A stretch of 61,597 bases of DNA, filler included, from Vannella sp. (taxonomy: Eukaryota), in NCBI GenBank assembly GCA_023345925.1. It is 6 parts of 6 records of this genome, joined end to end, with 100 filler letters (N's around TTAATTAATTAA, not from the genome) between each part and the next. Parts side by side here need not be neighbours in the genome. Positions count along the whole stretch, not along the records: positions 1 to 8,432 come from JAJQQN010000931.1; positions 8,533 to 20,463 come from JAJQQN010000549.1; 4 more parts are not named here. One strand, written 5' to 3'. Under the pieces are notes generated by a model. It searched no databases. It worked only from the letters and a program-made list of their open reading frames with translations, and was not told the DNA's origin. A program made the translations under genes and the position numbers. Positions 1 through 10,993 of the stretch are shown in pieces (positions within the stretch are counted from its first letter, which is position 1; every line of letters starts with the position of its first letter).

Positions 1-2
1 CC

Positions 3-26
3 CCCTAAACCCTAAACCCTAAACCC
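3..26 (+). repeat. (CCCTAAA)3 plant-type telomeric repeat
   Basis: ccctaaa at 3-9, 10-16 and 17-23 at the window start, followed by ccctcccag, a possible intron acceptor. Confidence 0.85.
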
Positions 27-33
27 CTCCCAG

Positions 34-433
34 TATGGCCACATTGCCAACATGCTGAACCAGGCGAAGAGCATTCTGTTTGATATCCGCGTGAGAGTTT
101 ACGCCGCCCAAAAGTCCCACGACGTCGGAGTCCTCGGGACACCGAGTGTGGAACTCGACTAATCACCCATCAGCTTGCTCAGTACAATCGGAACGAATTT
201 TCGGCCTTTACCTTCTTGTGGGACCGCGAACAAAAGAAGCTAACGATCTATCGAAACATCAGGAACACTCCACGTGACACCAGCAAGTCAGATGGGACAG
301 GATATGGAGAGACTATCAACTAGGAAGCGGTAGTACTACGGTGAACGTTGATGACATTCAACTCGAGACTGAAAGAAAGCAAGACTTCCAAGTACTCTTC
401 AACAAAGAGATGAGCCTCCGACGCGTTCGTTAG
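34..433 (+). CDS. 3' part of an unidentified spliced gene (YGHIANMLNQAKSILFDIR/LAQYNRNEF.../..KQDFQVLFNKEMSLRRVR*)
   Basis: Open exons 34-90, 174-282 and 324-433 are joined in frame by a GTGAGA..CTAAT..CAG intron (91-173) and a GCAAGT..TAG intron (283-323). Confidence 0.5.
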
Positions 434-508
434 CCCAAATGGTCGATCTCAGTAATAAATCGGATGCTCTCGAATTCAGAAGGTAAAACAGGGAAACAAC
501 TCAACTTA

Positions 509-3500
509 TTAGATTCGCTTGCGACGGATGGTGGACATTCGAATGCACTTGGGACATTGCACTTTGAATGGCGTGAAGCAAGTCATGTGGTAGAGCGCGT
601 TGCATTTGGGACATTTTGTGACTTTGTCAGTTTCGAACCCAAAAATGACTTGCGGGTGGTTGCAGATTTCACAAAAGTCGCCTTTTCCTTGGCAACTGAG
701 ACATTGGGTTTTTACGTGGAGAAGTAGCTTCTCGTTAGCTTCAGTGAGGAAAGGAACGAACTTGTTGTTGTAGTGTTGATACAAATCCACCATCGAGTAT
801 GCATGCGGATCCTCGAGGAGGTAACTCCGCGAGCCCAATTGCTCCAACAAAGTGTCTTTGCTTCTACAAGAGAAGATGAACTCTCTGACTAACCACATCC
901 GTTGCCTTATGGGGAGAACTGTCTTGAGTTGCTTCTGATAGAGTGCTTTGTTCAGCTCAATGATCCGAAGGAGTGGTTTGTGCTTGTTATTGCCCAAGTG
1001 AATCAAAGCAAACTTGGAAACTGTTTTGATGTCAAAGTTCCAACGGTGAAGAACCCGAGCAGGAATAATGGTCATCTCATTAGCGTGACAGTCTGTACAA
1101 TAGAACTTGCCAGTATAATTACAGAACCGCGCTTTCGCCACTTCGCCCCAGTTAGACTTCATTCCATCAGGAACTTGAGCTTACATCCAAACGGTCCGCC
1201 GCAAGAGGCACAGGCTTGCTTAGGGATGCTTCCCTTCTTACTAAAGAGCGTGGTGATAAGAACATCAGGGATCTACAACTGTTAGAGAGCTGGCATTCTA
1301 TTTCCTCTTACACTCACAGGTACCGGTTTGTCTTCTATCTTTGCTGGGGAAATGGCTTCCTCAACAGGAGCCTTTTGTTGCAGCTTTTCCTTCCTACGAC
1401 GGGAGATTTCCAGCCAGTCCTCCTCTTCGTCGTCTTCTTGAAGAGCTGCCAAGTTCATGGACTTTCTTTTGCTCTCCCTTGCCCGTTGAACCTCTGTTTG
1501 AATGCAAAGGAAGAAGTTATGGTTGTCACCAGGGACCATTTCAGCAGAGATGAATGCATCCTCAGGCCCGCTGTTATGAGAGAACTCCCTTGTCAGTGCC
1601 GATTCGTATTCCTCGTCGGATGGGTCCACCAATTCCAACAAATCATTCCTAGGATCCCTCGCATTTGTCTGGGCTTCAGAGTAGGAACTAATCCGCTCCG
1701 TATGTGCGTGTGATATAAACTGTTCTAAGTCTGCCCCACTCACTGGGCTGCTTGAAGTGTAGGTTTCAGTGAGATATTGAGCCGCTTCCTCAGTATTCAT
1801 CACAAGTCGATCGATCTCACTCACTGTTGGGACCTTAACAACTGGTTTGGCGACTGGAATGGCTTCCTTTTGGTCCAATGAGATGGCTGACACTTCAAAT
1901 GAAGGCTCACGGGAAGAAGAAGGAGTGAAATCGTCATCAGGCCGATCTGTACTCATATCAGGGCTCAAGGGCCCCTGTTGCTCATGGCTAGTGGGAGAAG
2001 GCAGAGAAAAGTCCCCTTCTTCGCCGGTATTTAGCGAAGCTAAGATGCCTTCATCAAGAATGAGAGCAGAAATCGCTCTCTTGTTCGATGCTTTCAGCTT
2101 CCTGCGCTTCTTTCGAACCTTGTCGTTTGATGAGCCAACAGATTCAACAGATATTGGCTCCTCGACCGGAGTAAGGTCTTTGCACATGGAAGCAGTTTCT
2201 TGTTCCATCCGGAGGAGTTCCCAGCAATCTGGCATGTTCAAGCGAGAGTCATTCAAGCTAAGGCTAAACTGGATGTTGGAAAGGGACTCCAACAACATCA
2301 ATACCAATGATATCTCGTCTTCCATCTGCATGAGAGCTTTGGCGTGATAATATTTGTTGGTCAAGTCTTCTTCCCACAACAAGGCTTTCAGATACGGTGC
2401 CAGAGATTGATCATTGAGGGCCACTCGAAGCCAGGCCCGACCTCGCCCAAGGTCTGTTGTTATTTCAGATGTCTGCTTAATGCGCTGAAGAACAAATCCT
2501 CCATCAGGCATGCAATTCGCAAGATGCAGAAGATAATCCCAATAGGTTGTCGCTCCAAAGAAGCTCACCTGCATCAAGCCATGCTTTAGAACACCCTCCA
2601 GGGCGAAGCAGAGCTTAGTGACTTGATAATTCTCAGCATAAATAACGCTCCCAAGGCTCTCACGAGTCACGCTTTGGACAGCATCGCGCACACGATTGAC
2701 TAGAATACTGTATGTTGCCTTAACTGCCGCATTGTCCAGCGGCGCGTCGCTGTTTGGATCAAACTTCTTTCCTGTCTCTTCTGACAGATTTGACACAACT
2801 CCTCGGAGGAGACTAAAGCTAGAGCGAGCATTCCCGTTTGTATCTGGGGCCGTTGAGATGTCTAAATCGTCAAAAGAGAGACCAACCACTTCTGGATCAC
2901 TTTCGCTTTCAGAATCTGCAGTGAAGGAAGTCGCAAGATTAGCATCCTTATCTTCATCTCCCTCTGCTTGGGTCGCAGTTGCCTCTTTAAGACCTCCAAG
3001 ATCTGTTTCTAGGGAAGGCTCTTGCTCGGAGACCACAGCTTGGAGCTCCTTTTCTCTGGCCTCTTGTAAAAGTCTCTCGTGCTCGTCTCTCATCGTTTGG
3101 ATCCTTTCTTCCTCCGATCTCAGGAATGCCAAGCGCTCTTCTTGTTCCTTTTCAATCCGAGCGAGCTCCTCAGCCCGAATTCGCTCTCTCTCTTCTTGTA
3201 GGATTTGTTGGCGCTGGTGCTCAGCTTCAATCTCCTTTTCTTTCGCCCTTGCGTTGGATTCCTCTTTGAGCTGTCTTTGTGTCTCTTCCTCTTCCTTTCG
3301 CAGTTCTGCAATGCGCCTGTTCTCCTCCTGCAGTTCATGCTCTTTCTGAATTGCCTTTTCTGCAAGAATGCGTTCTCTTTCTTGTTGTTCCAAAAGAAGA
3401 GTTTCTCTCATCGCCCTCTGCTGCTCTTTCTCATTCTGATCGCTGGACTCTCTTTCCCGAAGTAGCCGCTCTTCTTCTTCTTGAGCTATCAATAGGGCCT

Positions 3501-5248
3501 GTTGAGCCTTTTTTTCCTCCTGAGCCAATAACTCTTTCCTCTTCTGCTCTTCTGCCAAAGAAGCAGCTTCCTCTTGAAGTTGGATTTGCTGAGCCAGATG
3601 CTCCGCTCTTTTCTGCTCTTCAGCTAATCTTGCAGCCTCTAAATCTTGCCGTCGTTTTTCTTCAACCAATTGAAGAGCCATTTGGCGAATTCGCTCTTTC
3701 TCTGCCTCTTTCAAGGCTTCTTGGCGTTCGTGCTCTTTCTCTTCGACAATCCGCAAAGCTTCTTGGCGCTCCTTTTCCCTTTCTGCCACTAAATGAACCT
3801 CTTGTTGTCGGCGAGCTTCCTCTGCAACCCGAAGCTGTTGTCTCTCCTTCTCTTTCTGAATAGTTTCTTGGTGGCGGTACTCCTCTGCCACCCTTTGTGC
3901 TTCCTGCTCCTGTCGTTCTTTTTCTACACGGAGAAGCTCTTGGTGTCGGCCATCCTCTTCAGCTTTCCTCAGCTCTGTTTCTCGCTCTCGTGCTTTTTCT
4001 GCTTCAAGAGCTTCTCGCACTTTGCGCTCTGCTTCGGCTGCCTCTTGTTCATTTTTGAGCCTCTCCGCAATGTCTTCTTCCAATCGGGCCTGCGCTAACT
4101 CTTCGTTTGCACGTCGTTCCACCTCCTCCAAGAGACGTGCCTCTTCATCCCGTTTCCGAATGCGTTCCCGATCTTCGCTAGATGGTGCCCGAGTCTGGGC
4201 TTGGCTCTCCTCCTTGAGATTACGGATGATATCATCCCTCTCCCGCTCGATTGCTTCTGAATCCATGTCCATTGAGGACAGGAGCTCTGCAGAGGACATC
4301 TGGAGTGACTCGCTAATGAAAGAAGGTCGCTTCTTCCTCCTCTTCTTCTTGTGGACTCCCACACTGAGGACTTCCTCTTCCGCTGGGAGACTCTGCTTCT
4401 CGGTCTCTTCTTCTGGGTTGGTCATCTGGTCCTCTATGACAGGCCCATCATTAGATATCTCTATTTGTGGAATAGGAAGTGGGTCAGGTGAGACAGGCGG
4501 CTGCTGACGGACAAGTCTGCCATACTTTCGGTGAGCTTCGGGGACAAATGAGATCGTAGAAGCGTCTTACCCTTCAGGATGAGCTTTCCAATAAGCCATA
4601 TCATTCAGTAATGGATCTTTCAAGAACAGTTGGAACTTGACCGCAGCCAGGTTCCCCAAAAGCATCAAATAAAGATCGACCGACTCTTCGCGAAGGAACA
4701 AGGAGTCCTGTTGGTAGTATCTCCTGCTCTAACAGTCACCTACCCTCTCCATATACTCCCCTCCCAACTCCCACTTACGGTGGGAGATCACAATACAACA
4801 GAGCGCTCATGTACTGCTGAAGAGCTCCTTCGTTCAATGCGTGCCGCAGGAACACACGCGCGTGGCCTTTGAAGAGCCATGAGAAGGCAGTATAGGCTTG
4901 GATTGAGTGTCATACCTATGTCTGTCTTGGCAATGGAGGTGGCAAGCTCCAGAGGAGACTGCCCTCCAGGGAGACATCCATCAAGGTTCTTGAAGAACTG
5001 CCACACGCTCACTCGGCTAAACACGCCTGCTTTGATACCGTGATGAGCTACCTTCTCAAGTATGAAGCACAAGCGCGCAGCAGGCAAGTCCTCATCGACG
5101 TAAACTTTGTCGGGGTCACGAGCGCCTTGCAGAACGTCCACCACAGACTCATTCAGCTGTTCCAACACCTGGTCTACACCACATCCCAGGCACTGTCACA
5201 GGTAGTTCCCAAGTAGCCTCAAATGGACGTACCAGCCGGCGTGGTCAT
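509..5248 (-). CDS. RUN + charged coiled-coil + RUN + Rubicon-homology (RH/zf-RING_9) protein, PLEKHM1/Rubicon/DEF8-like
   Basis: N-terminal RUN (RLCFILEKVAHHGIK). Second RUN (LCFALEGVLKHGL..GRGRAWLRVALN). C-terminal RH domain (ARFCNYTGKFYCTDCH..IPARVLHRWNF..CQGKGDFCEIC..CPKC). ORFs 4788-5168, 1282-4425 and 509-1162 are linked by short GT-AG introns. Confidence 0.85.
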
Positions 5249-5332
5249 GAAGAGCGGGGGAAATGCGAATGGCACTTGCAAAGGGCACTTTATCGAGAGG
5301 AGCGGGTTGGCAAGACCCGCTGATATGCTTTC

Positions 5333-7284
5333 TTAGTAGCCAGGAAGTTCAGAGCGCTCACGAGGGGCAGAGCGGAAGATCTGATCGACCCGGAGAATCA
5401 TCTCAGCGGCCTCCGAGGCGGAGATGATGACTTGGTTCTTGACCTTGTAGGACTCTGTGATGCCCAACTCTCTCATGCAACCTACACCACCGTTCTTCAT
5501 GTCCAAACCAACGGACACCTGACCGGCAACGTGTGCAGCTCGCAGTTGGCTGACGAGGTCGGCGCTATCGTATCCGGCGTTGTCGGAGATGATGCTGGGG
5601 ATCTGGCGAAGAGCGCGAGCATAAGCTTCAAGGGCAAGAGCCTTCTTTCCAGGAACCTGGATCGCAGCCTGATCGACTGCAAGAGCGAGCTCGATCTCTG
5701 AGCAGCCACCTCCGTAGACAATGCGCTTCTCTCCCACTGTCTGGACGATCACACAAAGTGCGTCGTGAATAGAGCGCTCAGCTTCGTCGAGGAGCTGAGC
5801 AGTAGCACCTCGGAGCACGATAGTGCAAGCCTCTCCAAGCGCGACACCAGAGAAGCGGATAACCTTGTCCTCTCCGATCATGTCTTCCTCAATCAGATCA
5901 CAAGTTCCCAGTCTGACTTGCTCAGGATGGTCGAAGGTGGAAACGATCTCTCCTCCAAGAACGAGCGCCAATCGCTCAATGCCGTCAAAGTCAGCGTGCT
6001 CTTTGGTACAGTTAGAGACAAGAAGGGCGTTCCAGTGGATACGTACCGATAGACATGATCCCCTTTGAGGCAAAGAACTCCTCAGGCAAGTTGTAGATCA
6101 GCTGTCGGTTGATGAAACAGTTGATTCCGTGATCGGCAATCTTCTGTGTCTTGGCCCACATGCGTTGCTGCTCTCTGTTAGTTGCGAATCTCTCGAGGAT
6201 GGGAATGCACTCACTCTCTCCACTTCTTCGATCTCTGCAACGACCTCAACAGAGTCCGTCTTCACCTTGGCACCGTAAACTTTGATCTTGTCGGCGTCCA
6301 TGGCAGTGTTGGCGATCAGAATCTTCGCGTTTTCAATGCGTTTGGGGCATCCAACACCAATGCGCTTCTCGAGGATGAAGCCCTCCTCCAGACGGGACTC
6401 TGTCAGCGAGCCTCCGGGCTTCTTGATGATGTGAATGGCATCCAGGTTCTTGCTTCCCTTCATGCGCAGCACGGCATCTACACATAGCCGTGCAAAGTAC
6501 TCCTTCTCGTTTCTCACGATCTTGGAGCTCAGCGTTGTCTGAGCAATGTTCAGAAGATCTTGGCGGAAGGCGACTGTTTCATCGTCAGTAAGGTTCACGC
6601 GAGCCCGAGAAGCCTTCCACAAATAGAAACAAATAAACGGGAATGCCTCTCCCTCCCTTACTCACCTTCATCGTCCCCGTGGCACTCAGCGATCTCTTCC
6701 AGACGCTTCCGAGCAATGGCAGCCGCCATGTTGTAACCTTGGGAGTAGAGAGGGTTAGAAGGCATCCTGGTGATATGAGAGAGAGGATGTATACCTTCCA
6801 CAATGGTTTGGGGGTGGATATTGAGCTCAATGAGCTTCTCTGCCTCTCGTAAGAGTTCCCCTGCAAGGACACAGACGGATGTTGTCCCATCGCCCACTTC
6901 CTCATCTTGTGTCTTAGATATGTCCACAAGGACCTTTGCAGCAGCATTATCCACATGGATAGCCTTCAGGATGGTCGCGCCATCGTTGGTTACGGTAATC
7001 TCTCCAGTGTGGCTCATAGACTGCAGGATCTTGTCCTATTCCATGATCCCACATCAGAGGACATTACAAAGTGCATAGTCGTGCCTCGTACCATGCCTTT
7101 AGGGCCCAAAGTAGTCCTCATCAGATCAGTTAGAGCAAGAGCGCCAACAAAGTTCGACTGGATCAGTCCCATCCCGTCAGGACTCTTCCCACCAGCCCCT
7201 TCCTCTTCTCACCATGCGGGCATTCTCTCCTCGTTCCTCAATACTTCCCCCCTTGAACACGTGAACAGGTTGGAAGTTGGCCAT
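5333..7284 (-). CDS. CCT2: T-complex protein 1 subunit beta (CCT-beta)
   Basis: [69 protein letters not shown]; about six short introns. Confidence 0.95.
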
Positions 7285-7433
7285 GTCGCTCGCTCCAAGT
7301 CAACCACAAAAGAACACTTTTGGACGCTTTTCCCCGCTAATTAACTCCCTTTCCACCCATTGATGGCCTCGTTGCTTGGTTCTTCAAGGATAAAGGAGGA
7401 GAGGAAGAGGGTCTTCTCGTTAGCTCTCTCTCT

Positions 7434-8276
7434 TCATTGTTCTTCAAGGTAGGTTTGAGTTATACCACGGGGGAGTAGACCGTAGCCTTCGGTATCAAGA
7501 ATATCGAGGATGCGCCACTTGAGCTTGCCTTTCTTCTCGTTCATCGAAGTTTCCATGACGAGGAGCTGTTGCACCTTCTGTTTGGGGACCTCCTTGATTA
7601 CTTTGTCCTGCTTGGAGATCACAACTCCTTGTTTGCAACGGATGTACACGCCCACTTGGAGGATCCGGATGTCGGTGTTGGGGTACTTGATGTAGCGCAG
7701 CGAAGCCACGTTGGCCTTGGGTGTGTCGTGAATCCAGCTAATCGTGAGATCCTTGCGTTTCTGTCCGCTGATCTTCTTCTTGACTTCTTGGTAGAAGGTG
7801 AGGTTGCTGACGGGATTGAGGGGCGCAAGGTCGCCTGAGGCCTCACAGTTGTGGTAGAGCTCGTAGAGCTCGATAGCATCAGCCCGCAGGGACTTGAGTG
7901 AGAGACGAGGGTCGAGAGACTCCCACCAAGAGCGGATGTTCCAGAAGATGTGCCTGAGGGGAGGTCAATTACTCGTCTAACCCATTCGAGAGACAACATA
8001 CAGGCCCCATCGTTTGACATCAAAGAAGCTACGAGAAGCAATCAACCTGGGAGGTGTAGGCTCGACCACAGCTTCCACAGAGCTCGTGCTGGCAGGGGTT
8101 CGAAGTTTAAACCTCATGGGATTGATGCGAATACCCCGTGCTTGCACCCGGCTATCACACCTTTCCACCACAGAAGCAGGATAGACTGCAAATACTCTCC
8201 CTGTCGACAGCAACGTTGCCCTCGGAGCCAACATCATACCAGCCGCCAAACCAAGCCGACCCCTGACAGCGAACAT
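7434..8276 (-). CDS. Mitochondrial Tim44-like domain protein (mL45/MRPL45/Mba1-like)
   Basis: Arg-rich presequence-like N-terminus. One GTATGT..CAG intron (~7954-8001) joins it to a domain with pattern AIELYE..GDL..QVGVYI..Q..LVME..WRI. Confidence 0.55.
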
Positions 8277-8383
8277 CAGAGAAATGACAAGTCCAAGTCA
8301 TTATTAATCAAATCATTTATATCGAACAAAGAAGGATAGGGCAATGAGAGAGTTCACAGCCCAGATCAACCACGTCCCCTGGC

Positions 8384-8432
8384 CATGGTTGAAAAGTACC
8401 TCTAAATTCGATCGGGACCTTTACCAATGAAC
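8384..8432 (+). repeat. Dispersed repeat end (CATGGTTGAAAAGTACCTC...), copy 1, cut by the contig end
   Basis: 44/46 identity to the reverse complement of 20300-20345. Confidence 0.8.
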
Positions 8433-8532
8433 NNNNNNNNNNNNNNNNNNNNNNNNNNNNNNNNNNNNNNNNNNNNTTAATTAATTAANNNNNNNNNNNN
8501 NNNNNNNNNNNNNNNNNNNNNNNNNNNNNNNN
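8433..8532. other. Artificial contig linker (N-TTAATTAATTAA-N); also at 20464-20563, 31634-31733, 51628-51727 and 57532-57631
   Basis: Five identical 100-nt spacers with six-frame stops. Confidence 0.97.
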
Positions 8533-8553
8533 TCTTCATTATTCTTGTTGCCC

Positions 8554-9195
8554 ATGCAGTTACCCGTCGTCCTCAGCCTTCTTCTCCTCTTGTCTCTTGT
8601 CTCCGCAGGCTTAGTTACCAACCAGTCATGCATCATCGGAGGAGACTATGGGCCCCTTCTCAAAGATAACTGGGTTACCATAACACCTGATCAATCGGGC
8701 TGCTCTCGAGTTCAGTTCGATTCTTACTTCTCCAACACCCCTGCCACTCTCACGATCGGGATTCTACCACAGGCTGCCCCAAATGACGTAACATTGACCT
8801 CAGTGGTGGCGTATCCAGTCAATAGTACGTCCTCCTCCCTCCTTCCCCCTGTCACCTACCTCACGGTGACTCAATATCAAGTCGACCAGTCCAAAGCCAA
8901 TTTCACATGCTATCAGTATCCTAATGGAACTGGTTCCATGACTGAACTGTACTTTCTGGTCAACACCAACATCACAGCGCAGATTTACGTCACCATCGTC
9001 TCTGAGTTATCCGAATCGCAGTGCTACGCCCCAGTCCCGAATGGTGGCGAGGATGCTAGCGAGAACTCGTGGTGGTGGTTTGCGATCGTAGTTATCATTC
9101 TTGTGCTCGTCATCGTCATTGTCGTCGCCGTCATTGCCCTGGTAGCCGTCGTCTACTACTGCTTCATCAAGAGAAAGTCTTACAATCAAATCTGA
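8554..9195 (+). CDS. Small type I membrane glycoprotein, unknown function
   Basis: Signal peptide, N-x-S/T sites, long TM segment, short tail ending KRKSYNQI (YxxPhi sorting motif). Confidence 0.75.
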   Translation: MQLPVVLSLLLLLSLVSAGLVTNQSCIIGGDYGPLLKDNWVTITPDQSGCSRVQFDSYFSNTPATLTIGILPQAAPNDVTLTSVVAYPVNSTSSSLLPPVTYLTVTQYQVDQSKANFTCYQYPNGTGSMTELYFLVNTNITAQIYVTIVSELSESQCYAPVPNGGEDASENSWWWFAIVVIILVLVIVIVVAVIALVAVVYYCFIKRKSYNQI

Positions 9196-9271
9196 TCCTA
9201 AAACAATTCAATTAATTGCCTGATCTTGAATATTGTATTTAATGGTTATAATTGGGAGGGTTATTATTTGG

Positions 9272-9867
9272 ATGTCACTTTCTGGTTGGGAGGACGAGGA
9301 CTCGGCCGATCTTCAGTTGGCGCTCGCTCTTTCGTTGCAGACAACACCGCAAACTACTTTCGATGAACCTCCTGTGGCAGGTAGTCTCTGTGATGAGGAG
9401 AGATGATGTGGGGACTGACACCATGACGAATAGGCTGCTTCGCTCTTGGCCGCCCCGCTCGTTCGTCCCTCCGCTAAGATGGTGATGATTACACGAACAG
9501 ACTTGGGAATGGGGAAAGGAAAGATCGCAGCGCAGTGCGCTCATGCTGCAATCGACCTCTACGACACACTGAAGGAGACAAACCATCCCCTTGTTGGACA
9601 CTGGGTAGGCAAGAGCAGTGTGGATATAGACAGTGCAGCTCATATAGACATTAGAAGCTCTACGGAGCAATGAAAGTGGTCCTGAAGGTAGACAGCGAGG
9701 AAGGACTCATGCAAGTCTATCATCAAGCCAAGGAAGCCGGCATTCCAGCGACGTACATCCGTGATGCTGGTCACACACAAGTCCCTGCAGGTTCTACAAC
9801 CGTCTGTGCCCTCTTTGGAGAAAAGAAGACCCTTGATGGAGTTACTGGACACCTCAAACTACTCTAA
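9272..9867 (+). CDS. PTH2: Peptidyl-tRNA hydrolase 2 (5' end ambiguous; possible N-terminal UIM)
   Basis: RTDLGMGKGKIAAQCAHA, KVVLKV, IRDAGHTQVPAGSTTV; intron 9605-9654 is in frame. Confidence 0.9.
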
Positions 9868-9982
9868 TCCATCCATTCAGGATTGTATTGGGGTTAAAGA
9901 CCTTATGAATAACGCTCCTGCACTGCCAGATAACAGTTCAACCTTTAATGAACTCCCAGACTCCTTATCTCGAGCATCAAGT

Positions 9983-10711
9983 TCAATCCAATTGCGGAGC
10001 TTGGGAGAGCGCTCCAATAATGGAGCCAGCGAGTGGGTTAGATGCCTGACGATGAGTTTAGGAATACGTGAGGATATTTCCTTGCAACCTACCAAGGAGG
10101 AAGGGTCCACCATGCCTCCTTGAGTGAACTGGCGGACCATTGGCATCAGCATTGGACCCATGGGACTGCTTGCGAACTTCTGAGGCAGTTCCAGGATGTC
10201 TAAGATCTCAGAATGAACACTGATTTCAACAAGAGGAACTCTAACGGACTCACAAGAAGGTATTGAGTTACCAGTGAGAAAGAGACTGGCTTCGTTTGAG
10301 AAGTGATTGCAGTTGTGGTCAAAGATGTCGTACGTCTCCATTGTGTACCCTCCTCCAGCCTCCTTTAAGAAGTCTTGGAAGGCTTCCTCCGAAACCTCTG
10401 TGGAACCCAACCTATCTTGGGGTCAGTAGATCTATTGGGGACATCTATCTGCGCATTACTCGATAGTTCTAGCGGGTTGGCCATAAGGAGTATCTCCCGG
10501 GTGTCCGTTGATGAGTCCGCTTCCGTAGTAAAACTCTTTTCCATACACAACAATCCCCGTGTGCCTGCCGCCTCATAAGAGTTGCTCCCTGATCCGATCC
10601 TCAAACGCACCAAATCCCTTCAAATCCAGGAATCACTTGATACAGCATATTGCGCATCCCACCAAAGCCCACCGACAGATCATACACGTTCAGCTTCACT
10701 GCCACGCTCAT
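9983..10711 (-). CDS. PPPDE/DeSI desumoylating isopeptidase
   Basis: VKLNVYDL N-terminus, catalytic YDIFDHNCNHFSNE..FLTG; several short introns. Confidence 0.85.
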
Positions 10712-10993
10712 GTCCGCAGCAACAAATGAATCAGTGGCACTCCATCATGCGCAGAACCAGGTAGACCATCACAGTAGTTCTCGACGAGATTTCCTGGAGA
10801 TTTCGTTGTTTTCTGCATCTTTTCGTTTCAGTCAATTACTTAACTCTCAGACTTGATTGAGTCAATAGTGAAGTAATGTTATTTAGTTTCTGCCACTCCT
10901 CCTCCTGCAGACACATTCTGGTGCGGTCTCAATGAGACATAGTGAGAGGGATAATGTTTTCGCCCTTGTGGCGTTGTGACGGGGATAATGTTT

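Noticed and set aside
1847..4507. Long plus-strand Ser/Leu/Phe-rich ORFs (also 36404-36923 and many others in the track)
   Set aside because: Antisense shadows of low-complexity coding regions on the opposite strand
7247..7252. Possible frameshift in the CCT2 G-run
   Set aside because: A recount gives six G, so the frame is intact ([15 protein letters not shown])
8433..8532. TTAATTAATTAA inside N runs (five times) as a biological repeat or array
   Set aside because: Identical 100-nt six-frame-stop linkers added during concatenation; gene neighbourhoods across them are also not meaningful
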